A stretch of 60,214 bases of DNA from Candidatus Limnocylindrales bacterium (GTDB lineage: Bacteria > Chloroflexota > Limnocylindria > Limnocylindrales > CSP1-4). The position numbers and the translations under genes are program-made. The DNA lies in contig JANWLH010000018.1 in NCBI GenBank assembly GCA_025450915.1, positions 1 to 60,214 of the forward strand. Reading direction: 5' to 3'. This document shows, one piece after another, positions 35,055 to 42,106 of this stretch (position 1 is its first letter; every line of letters begins with the position of its first letter). The notes below the pieces were generated by a model that saw only the letters and a program-made list of their open reading frames with translations, made no database searches and was not told the origin of the DNA.

Positions 35055-36499
35055 CGTCCACCTCCCGGCCGGCCGCCCAGGAACCCCGGCCGCCTGGCCC
35101 GCGATGGACGCGGTGGCGGAGGCGGTTCGACGCCCCGGTCGGACAGCGCCAGGAGCAGCCCCACGACGACCCCGTTGGCCAGCAGCGACGACCCGCCGTA
35201 GCTGATGAACGGCAGGGTGACGCCGGTCAGCGGGATGAGCTTGAGGTTGCCGGCGGCGATGATGAAGGCCTGGACGCCGACGACGAGCGTCAGGCCCGCG
35301 GCGAGGAGCGCCCGGAAGTCGTCGGCCGCCGACGCGGCGATCCGCAGGCCGCGCTCGATGACGACGAGGTACAGCCCGAGGATTGCGACAACACCGATCA
35401 GGCCGAGCTCTTCGCCCAGCGCCGCGAACGGGAAGTCGGTGTGGATCGCCGGGATCGGCAGGCGTCCCGCGACGAGCGGCAGGCCGGCCCCGAGGCCCGT
35501 TCCGATGATCCCGCCCCGGCCGAAGGCGTAGAGCGACTGGATCACCTGGTAGCCCTTGCCGCTGGCGTCCACGAACGGATTCAGCCAGATGTCGACGCGG
35601 TCCCGGACCGTCCCGAACAGCTGGTAGGCGATGAAGCTGCCGACCACGAACAGGATCAGGCCGAGGACGACATAGCTCGCCCGCGCGGTCGCGATGTAGA
35701 CAAGCGCGAGGAAGACCGCGAAGAAGAGCAGGGCAGCTCCGAGGTCGCGCTGGATCACGACGATGCCCAGGGCCATGGCCCACATGGCGAACATCGGCAG
35801 GAGATAGGGCACGGGCGGCAGCCGGAGGGGGCCCAGGCGCATGCTCGCGCCCACCAGGAGCGGTCGGAAGTCCGACAGGTAGCCGGCCAGGAAGATCACC
35901 AGGATCACCTTGATCAGCTCGGTCGGCTGTCCGCTGATCGGGCCCACGGTGATCGTCAGGAGCGCTCCGTTGACCTCGTTGCCGATGAGGAAGGTCAGGA
36001 GCAGGAGGACGATCCCGGCCGCCGCCCAGGTGTACTTGTAGCGTCGCAGCCAGGCGTCGGAGCGAACGGCGATCGCCGCGATCGTGATCACCGCGATCGC
36101 CAGCACGAGCCAGCCGAGCTGGATGGAGGCGAGGCCGAAGCTCCGGCCGGCCAGCGACTGGGTCACCAGCGACTGGGGCAGCCGCTCCATCAGCAGGAGG
36201 CTGATCCCGCCGAGCAAGCCGATCGTGGGCAGGAGCACCTGGTCGGACCGCCGACCGGCAAGGACGAGGGCCAGGTGGGCGGCGACGAGCGCCCCCAGGT
36301 AGATCACGAGCTGGCCGGTGTCGGCCGGCAGCCAGGTGACCGCCTGGCCGGCCAGCTGGCGCTGGGTGGCCCCGAGCGAGACGCTGCCCAGGACCAGGAT
36401 GACCCCGACCAGGACGAGCAGGCCGGTCTCACGACGGCGCAGTCGCGGCCGGATCCGGCTGACGGTCCTCGAGCCGGGCACGCCGACGGCCGCGCTCAT
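35051..36499 (-). CDS. rodA: SEDS-family peptidoglycan glycosyltransferase (FtsW/RodA/SpoVE)
   Basis: About 10 TM segments. DFPFAALGEELGLIG and PLTGVTLPFISYGGSS motifs. ATGA overlap with the upstream FHA gene. Confidence 0.93.
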   Translation of the reverse strand: MSAAVGVPGSRTVSRIRPRLRRRETGLLVLVGVILVLGSVSLGATQRQLAGQAVTWLPADTGQLVIYLGALVAAHLALVLAGRRSDQVLLPTIGLLGGISLLLMERLPQSLVTQSLAGRSFGLASIQLGWLVLAIAVITIAAIAVRSDAWLRRYKYTWAAAGIVLLLLTFLIGNEVNGALLTITVGPISGQPTELIKVILVIFLAGYLSDFRPLLVGASMRLGPLRLPPVPYLLPMFAMWAMALGIVVIQRDLGAALLFFAVFLALVYIATARASYVVLGLILFVVGSFIAYQLFGTVRDRVDIWLNPFVDASGKGYQVIQSLYAFGRGGIIGTGLGAGLPLVAGRLPIPAIHTDFPFAALGEELGLIGVVAILGLYLVVIERGLRIAASAADDFRALLAAGLTLVVGVQAFIIAAGNLKLIPLTGVTLPFISYGGSSLLANGVVVGLLLALSDRGVEPPPPPRPSRARRPGFLGGRPGGGR

Positions 36500-36936
36500 C
36501 GCCTCGAACGCTCGAAGCGGAACCGGACCCGGCCGACCTGGAGCTCGTCGCCGTAGCTGACCGCACTCAAGCCGTCGACGCGCTGCCCGTTGACGTACGT
36601 GCCGTTCGTGCTGCCCAGGTCCTCGACATACCAGGCCCGGCCGCGGAAGGTCAGGGCGGCGTGCTCGGTCGACGCGAAATCGTCCTCGACGACGATCGAG
36701 TTGTTCACGTCACGGCCAATCGTGGCGACGGCGTCGAGACCGAAGACCGTGCCCCTCGGCGGCTCGGTCACGTCGGAGGCGACGACCACGAGCCGGGCCA
36801 GGGCCATGCCCGGATCCCGGGTCGCCACCCGCAGGTCGCGCAGGAGGAGCCGGGCGACGCCGAACATGAACAGGTAGAGCCCGCCGAGGAAGGCGATCCG
36901 GATGATCCAGATCGCGACGACATATGGATCCATCAA
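36496..36936 (-). CDS. Membrane-anchored FHA-domain protein (FhaB/FipA-like)
   Basis: An N-terminal TM segment followed by an FHA core (IGRDVNNSIVVEDDFASTEHAAL...STNGTYVNG). Start at TTG 36936 (TTGA overlap) or ATG 36933. Confidence 0.85.
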   Translation of the reverse strand: MMDPYVVAIWIIRIAFLGGLYLFMFGVARLLLRDLRVATRDPGMALARLVVVASDVTEPPRGTVFGLDAVATIGRDVNNSIVVEDDFASTEHAALTFRGRAWYVEDLGSTNGTYVNGQRVDGLSAVSYGDELQVGRVRFRFERSRR

Positions 36937-37706
36937 CCAGCTGAGACGGCTTCGACCACGAAGATCGTGGTGCCGATCTCGATTCGATCTCCGGCACCGA
37001 GGGCCACCTCCGAGACGGCCACGCCGTTGACCCGCGAGCCGTTGGCGCTCTCGAGGTCGGTCAGGACCAGCATTCCCCGGCGGCCCTGGAGCCGAGCGTG
37101 GTGACGCGAGACACGCTGGTCCTCGAGGACGAGATCGTTGTCCGGGGCACGCCCGATGGTCACCACGCCCCCGTCCAGCACCACTCGTCGGCCACGGCCA
37201 TCGGGCCGCTGCTCGTGGAGCATCGCGGCCGGCGCCGGTTGCGGCTGGACCTCGAAGGCGCGGGTGCTGCTGAGATCCTGGTCCCCAGCCCCGTCGGCTG
37301 GATCGCCCGAAGGATCGCCCGGCGTGGCTGCCGGTCGGCGATCAGCACGATCGACCGCGACCCGGACCTCGCCAGCCGCGACCTGCCGGTCGACGACGAG
37401 CTCGACCGTCGGTGCGGCGTCGAGGGCGTAGCCGTGTCCGCGGGCGAAGGCCAGCGCCTCGTCGGCGAGGTCCGCGGCGAGCTGTCCCGCGCGCGGACCG
37501 AGCGCATCGACATCGGCGGCGGCCAGGTGGACGCGGTACAGGTCGGGCACCCGGGTCCGCCCGTTCACGACCCGTCGCTCGTTCTCCATCGCCCGTTCGA
37601 TCCTTCGCTGGATCTGGATCGGCTGGAGCGGGGAGCGGAACAGGCGCGCAGTCGGTCGCTCGAGCAGGCGCTCGAGGAACCGCTCCACGACGGCGAGCGG
37701 CTGCAT
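36933..37706 (-). CDS. FhaA-like protein (N-terminal DUF3662 plus C-terminal FHA domain)
   Basis: The N-terminus FLERLLERPTARLFRSPLQPIQI is typical of DUF3662. The C-terminal FHA is IGRAPDNDLVLEDQRVSRHHARL...SANGSRVNG. Confidence 0.85.
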   Translation of the reverse strand: MQPLAVVERFLERLLERPTARLFRSPLQPIQIQRRIERAMENERRVVNGRTRVPDLYRVHLAAADVDALGPRAGQLAADLADEALAFARGHGYALDAAPTVELVVDRQVAAGEVRVAVDRADRRPAATPGDPSGDPADGAGDQDLSSTRAFEVQPQPAPAAMLHEQRPDGRGRRVVLDGGVVTIGRAPDNDLVLEDQRVSRHHARLQGRRGMLVLTDLESANGSRVNGVAVSEVALGAGDRIEIGTTIFVVEAVSAG

Positions 37707-37716
37707 GATCGGCCGG

Positions 37717-37722
37717 AGTCTA
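37717..37722 (-). promoter_or_regulatory. Candidate -10 element TAGACT (minus strand), 10 nt upstream of the fhaA-like ATG 37706
   Basis: The minus strand reads TAGACT-ccggccgatc-ATG. Confidence 0.3.
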
Positions 37723-37834
37723 GCAGGCGAGCACGATCAGGGGCTCCGGGGGCCCGAATCTCGGAGGCCGCCAGCCGTACCATCGGGAGCGACACGGGGT
37801 ACCTGCGTGGGAGGGTCCCCGAGGGGCCCTGGGC

Positions 37835-37840
37835 TATACT
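37835..37840 (+). promoter_or_regulatory. Candidate -10 element TATACT for the divergent zinc-ribbon protein gene (~50-nt leader)
   Basis: A perfect TANNNT hexamer in the 188-bp divergent gap. No clear -35 element. Confidence 0.3.
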
Positions 37841-37894
37841 CTCGGCCCGTTCGGGAGCGCGATACCCGAGCAGTGTCCCCCGCGTGAAAGTCGC

Positions 37895-39748
37895 ATGGCC
37901 GAAATCCTGACCGAGTCGTTCTGTGAGCGTTGTGGCACTCGCTACACGTTCGAGGCGGCCACCCCGAAGAAGCACCGCATTGGCCGGCTGAAGGTCCTTT
38001 CGAAGGGCCTGAAGAACTACGTCCTGAGCGACGACACGTCGCTCGACGAGGCGCTCGCCGACGCCCGCTCGGAAGAGGAGCGAGAGCTCAGCGGCGGCCA
38101 GCTGGACGCCTTCCACCAGACCTTCCAGTTCTGCATGTCCTGCCGGCAGTACACCTGCTCCAATTGCTGGAACGAGGCCGAAGGACGCTGCCTGAGCTGT
38201 GCGCCGTTGTCGCTGACCGGCAATGCCCAGCTTGGTTCGCCGCTCGACGACCTGCTCGCCCGGGGCGGCATGGCCCCCTTGGTCAGCCCGGCCGCGGTCG
38301 AGGCCGACCTCGCGCTCGGCACCAACGGGACCAGCAACGGCCAGCACCCCGCGGACGAGGTCGCACCGGCAGATGGCTCCGCCTGGCCGACGATCGACCT
38401 CTTCCGCACGGCAGGGAGCGCCCCGGCGGCCGACGCAGTGGTAGCGGTCGTGCCCGAGGCCGTGGCCCAGGTCGTGCCGGAGCCCGACGCGGCAGTAGCG
38501 CCCGAGAGTGCGGCCGCCGACGCGCCGGCAGCTCCCGAGGACGCAGAGCTCGGCGAGCACTCCGACTTCTGGACGAAGCCGTTCACCGGCTTCGCACCCA
38601 TCACAGAGCCAACCAACGGCCACAGTCCTTCGAACTTGCCGGATCCGAGCCACGAGGAGGCTCGCCCGCTCGAGGCTGCTGCCGCCGAGGCTGACCAGCC
38701 GGTCGAAGCCGCAGTCGCAGTCGAGGCGGATGAAGCCCTGGTCGTGCCGGCGGAAGCAGCCGGGACCGTCGAATCACCGGAACCCGCCGCGGTCGCCGAA
38801 CCGGTCGAGTCCGTCGAACCGGTCGTCGGATCTGTCGAGACGGTCGCCGAAGCCGTAGAGCCGATCGCGGACCAGCCACCCAGCGTCGATCCCGCTGCGG
38901 AAGCCAAGGCGATCGAGCTCGCCGAGCGGACGACCAGGTTGCTCGGCCGGCTGCGCGTGCAACCGCGCTCCGCCGGCTCCGCGCCCGCGCCGGCCGACGA
39001 TCGCCAGGCACCGGCGGCCCAGGCCCCGGCTCCACCGACCCCAGCGCTTCCCCAGACGCCGGCAGCCACGCAGACGCCGGCCGCCGCGCCGCAGCCAGGC
39101 GCGTCCTGGCCGAGGCTCCGGCCGGAGCCCACGCACACGCCGGTCCAGCCCGTGCCACTGCCGAAGACGGTCGACGATCCGGCGCTGATCCCCTTCGACA
39201 AGCTCGTCGAGCACCCGGCTTCGCCGGCCTGGATGCGGCCGGCGGCCGGCGCTGGCCCGGTCGAGCCTGCTCCGGAGCCGGTCGAAGTGGCACCACCGCG
39301 GCCGCTACCCGAACCGATCGCCGAGCAGATGCCCGAGCCACCCGCCGCGGCTGTCACGCCGGCCGAATCCGCGGCAGAGCCACCCGCTGCGGAGCCAGTC
39401 CCGGCGGCCGCCGCGACGGACCGCGTCGAGATGCCCGCCTGGCCGCGCCTCACGCGACCACCGCTCAGCGACTCACCACCGGTCCAGGCCCCGCCCCTGC
39501 CGATGCCCACGCAGGACCCCCAGTGGCCGGCGCCCCTCCAGCCGGGCTACGACGCGAGCTCCACGCCGTTCTGGGCGACCGGAGACAGCGGCCGGGTGGC
39601 CGGCGAGATCGACGTCTGGACCGCGTCCGCTCGCGAGGTCGCGGAGGCGCCCGGCCAGATCGCGGGCGTCCAGTCGTGCATCAAGTGCGGCTTGTCGATT
39701 TCGGCGACGGCCCGCTTCTGCCGACGCTGCGGGTCCCGCCAGGGCTGA
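37895..39748 (+). CDS. Hypothetical protein with an N-terminal Cys-rich zinc-ribbon region, a ~450-aa Pro/Ala/Glu-rich low-complexity spacer and a C-terminal zinc ribbon
   Basis: The N-terminus has FCERCGTRYTF and CMSCRQYTCSNCWNEAEGRCLSC. The C-terminus has CIKCGLSISATARFCRRCGS. The frame is continuous and non-Arg-rich, unlike the shadow frames. Confidence 0.65.
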   Translation: MAEILTESFCERCGTRYTFEAATPKKHRIGRLKVLSKGLKNYVLSDDTSLDEALADARSEEERELSGGQLDAFHQTFQFCMSCRQYTCSNCWNEAEGRCLSCAPLSLTGNAQLGSPLDDLLARGGMAPLVSPAAVEADLALGTNGTSNGQHPADEVAPADGSAWPTIDLFRTAGSAPAADAVVAVVPEAVAQVVPEPDAAVAPESAAADAPAAPEDAELGEHSDFWTKPFTGFAPITEPTNGHSPSNLPDPSHEEARPLEAAAAEADQPVEAAVAVEADEALVVPAEAAGTVESPEPAAVAEPVESVEPVVGSVETVAEAVEPIADQPPSVDPAAEAKAIELAERTTRLLGRLRVQPRSAGSAPAPADDRQAPAAQAPAPPTPALPQTPAATQTPAAAPQPGASWPRLRPEPTHTPVQPVPLPKTVDDPALIPFDKLVEHPASPAWMRPAAGAGPVEPAPEPVEVAPPRPLPEPIAEQMPEPPAAAVTPAESAAEPPAAEPVPAAAATDRVEMPAWPRLTRPPLSDSPPVQAPPLPMPTQDPQWPAPLQPGYDASSTPFWATGDSGRVAGEIDVWTASAREVAEAPGQIAGVQSCIKCGLSISATARFCRRCGSRQG

Positions 39749-40456
39749 TCAGGCAGGGCGCGCCCGCTCGGGCCAGCCCTCCTCCCGGAACCGGACCCAG
39801 ACCAGCCCGAGGAGCAGGATCTGGGCCAGGATCGACAGCCAGGCCAGGACCGCGAAGACGGCAGCGATCGCACCGTACAGGGCCGCGATGCCGATCAGGC
39901 GCGGGGCAATGAACGCGAACACCTGGGTGAACAGCGCCCCGGCCACCCCAACGACCCCTGCGGGCAGGCGGATCGAGCGCCAGCGCGGGTGATGCGCCGG
40001 AATGAACCGGTAGACGGCGGCAACGCCCACAGCCGTGACGACGACCGTGATCAACGGGTTGATGATCCCGAGCCTGACGAGGTTGGGCAGGAAGATCGGT
40101 GCCCCGAGGTCGGCGACGACGAACGACGCCACGGACGCCAGGCCGAGCGCGACGGTCACCGCCATGAGCAGGATGACGACCGAGGCGACGCCCAGCAGCG
40201 ACCGCTTCAGCAGGCTCCGTTCCGGCGTCCGGTTGAAGACCCGCCCGAAGCTTGCGTCGAGCGCTCGTGCGAAGCGGCTCGCGCCCCAGACGAGGGCCAG
40301 GAGGCCGACGATCGAGACCTCCGTGGCACCCTCGGTGATCGCGCTCAGCGTCCGAACGAGGAGGTCGCGGAGGGGCGGCACCTGGGCGGCGATCGCATCG
40401 ACGATCTGGGCCTGCCGGCCGGGATCCTTGACGAAGAAACCGACGACCGCGACCAC
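39749..40456 (-). CDS. YihY/BrkB-family membrane protein. The annotated part starts at the first canonical start (GTG 40456), but the conserved N-terminus continues upstream in the same frame.
   Basis: Multi-TM YihY-like body. Upstream, in frame and without stops, the sequence reads ...DLWTRFLDRSLPRRVRLVFDAYGRIGGGTLADGLAYNALFALLPALLLVV. There is no ATG, GTG or TTG in that stretch. Confidence 0.7.
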   Translation of the reverse strand: MVAVVGFFVKDPGRQAQIVDAIAAQVPPLRDLLVRTLSAITEGATEVSIVGLLALVWGASRFARALDASFGRVFNRTPERSLLKRSLLGVASVVILLMAVTVALGLASVASFVVADLGAPIFLPNLVRLGIINPLITVVVTAVGVAAVYRFIPAHHPRWRSIRLPAGVVGVAGALFTQVFAFIAPRLIGIAALYGAIAAVFAVLAWLSILAQILLLGLVWVRFREEGWPERARPA

Positions 40457-40665
40457 CAGGAGGAGCGCCGGGAGCAGCGCGAATAGCGCGTTGTACGCCA
40501 GGCCGTCCGCGAGCGTGCCTCCGCCGATCCGGCCGTAGGCATCGAAGACGAGCCGTACCCGGCGCGGGAGCGACCGGTCCAGGAAGCGTGTCCACAGGTC
40601 GCGGACCGCGCGGAGCCGCCCAGGCCGTTCTGGCGGCGGCGGTGCCTCCGATTCGACGAGGCTGA

Positions 40666-40899
40666 TCAGAGCTCCTCGAACAGCCTCGGCTGGAGGTCGC
40701 CCGCCCGGACGCTGCGTGGAGCGGCGATCAGCGCCCGGACCTGGCCGCGCCGGACGAACCGGCGACCACCGAGCTTGATGCTCTGGAGTCGCCCGGAGCG
40801 AGCCCAGCGGCCGATCGTCTCGGGCCGGAACTGGATGTTCCCGGCGGCGAGGATCCGGGCGGCTTCGGCGAGGCTGATCCAGTCCGACGGCGTCGCCAT
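40666..40899 (-). CDS. Small helix-turn-helix DNA-binding protein (excisionase/MerR-like HTH family, 77 aa)
   Basis: ISLAEAARIL...TIGRWARSGRLQSIKLGGRRFVRRGQV pattern. ATG 40899 lies 2 nt after the FmdB stop. Confidence 0.65.
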   Translation of the reverse strand: MATPSDWISLAEAARILAAGNIQFRPETIGRWARSGRLQSIKLGGRRFVRRGQVRALIAAPRSVRAGDLQPRLFEEL

Positions 40900-40901
40900 G
40901 G

Positions 40902-41351
40902 TCAGTCTGAGTCCCTGCTCGAGGACGGGGCGGGCGAGCTGTCCTTGCTCGACCTCTCCTTGGTCGAGGCCTCCTTGGTCGAGCCGCCCTTGTCCGGGCC
41001 CTGCCCGGCGGTCTTCTCGCGGGACCGATCTCTGCCCGAGTCGCTCGAGCTCGAGGTTTCGCCCGGTTTCGAATCCCCCGAACCGCCCGTCGATTTCGAT
41101 GAGTCGCCGTCGCCCCCGCTGCCGTTCGAGGAGCTCGAGTCGGAGGAATGGCTGCGCTTCGCCGGTCCCCCGCTGCGGTCCTTCTTCGCCCAGCCCGAGC
41201 CCTTGAAATGAATTGTCGGCGGGTTGAACAGCTTGCGCAGCGTCCCCACCGCGCCGCAGGCCGGGCAGGCCGCCGGTGGCCCGCCGTTGATCGAGTGGAC
41301 GATCTCGCTCGTTCGACCGCAGTTCGAGCAGATGTAGTCGTACGTGGGCAT
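40902..41351 (-). CDS. FmdB-family zinc-ribbon protein with a long Ser/Asp/Gly-rich tail
   Basis: MPTYDYICSNCG...CPACG signature at the N-terminus. I chose ATG 41351 rather than the track start 41444. Confidence 0.8.
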   Translation of the reverse strand: MPTYDYICSNCGRTSEIVHSINGGPPAACPACGAVGTLRKLFNPPTIHFKGSGWAKKDRSGGPAKRSHSSDSSSSNGSGGDGDSSKSTGGSGDSKPGETSSSSDSGRDRSREKTAGQGPDKGGSTKEASTKERSSKDSSPAPSSSRDSD

Positions 41352-41362
41352 CAGGTGGGCGC

Positions 41363-42106
41363 TTATCCCCGCAGGAGCCGCATGCCGCACTTCGGGCAGT
41401 AGAAGGCGCGGTCGTGCGCCGAGGCAAAGCCGCAATGGGCACACACGAGGCCGCCCCGGCCGGCGGCCGGCACGGGCCGCTCCAGGTCGGTCAGGCCCAT
41501 CGAGTACTGGTTGGCCAGGATGTTCGTGAGCAGGCCGCCCAGGATCCGGGCGCCGTTCCGATCCGTGTCGCCGCGAACTCCCCGGCCACCCCAGCCGACG
41601 ACGGCTCGCAGGACGAGGTCACCGTTCGACTCATCCCAGTGGGAGGCGACGCCACCGACGATCGCGCTGTACTCGGGGTAGCCCGACGTATCCGTCTCGC
41701 CCTCGAGCAGGCCGCAGGCGAAGGTGTCGAAGGCAAGGTCGATCGCGTCGATCGACTCCAGGACGACGAGCGCGTGGCGGGTGATCGGCGAGTTCGAGTG
41801 GTGGGCGTTGAGCCACTGCATCGCCTCGGATGGATGAACGATCGAGGGCGTCGCCTGGCTGAACTCGATCGGCAGCGGCTCGACCACCTCGACCTCGCTC
41901 CGGGCGATCCCGGCCAGCATCGACGGGATCTCGCCGATGGTCCGGGGGCCAGCCTTGAAGCGCACCCCGGCACTGCTCTTGCCGGCGTAGTACAGCTTGA
42001 GCTGGTACTCCTGGGCGGTGATCTCTTCGGGCAACGGCGTCGACGCGGCTGGTTCGGCGGCCGGCCTGGCCCCCGAGCTCTTGCGGCGCAGGAATTCTGG
42101 TGGCAC
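41363..42106 (-). CDS. Hypothetical protein (247 aa): an unrecognised N-terminal domain plus a C-terminal zinc ribbon
   Basis: The C-terminus has CAHCGFASAHDRAFYCPKCG. The body has balanced composition (YQLKLYYAGKSS..., WLNAHHSNSPITRHALVVLESIDAIDLAFDTF...). Lies 85 nt downstream of valS. Confidence 0.65.
   Translation of the reverse strand: MPPEFLRRKSSGARPAAEPAASTPLPEEITAQEYQLKLYYAGKSSAGVRFKAGPRTIGEIPSMLAGIARSEVEVVEPLPIEFSQATPSIVHPSEAMQWLNAHHSNSPITRHALVVLESIDAIDLAFDTFACGLLEGETDTSGYPEYSAIVGGVASHWDESNGDLVLRAVVGWGGRGVRGDTDRNGARILGGLLTNILANQYSMGLTDLERPVPAAGRGGLVCAHCGFASAHDRAFYCPKCGMRLLRG

Noticed and set aside
38650-39520. Short periodic DNA repeats (gtcga-type 9-mers)
   Set aside because: They reflect the low-complexity Pro/Ala/Val/Glu-rich spacer of the 617-aa zinc-ribbon protein. 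Spacing is not regular enough for a CRISPR or satellite array.
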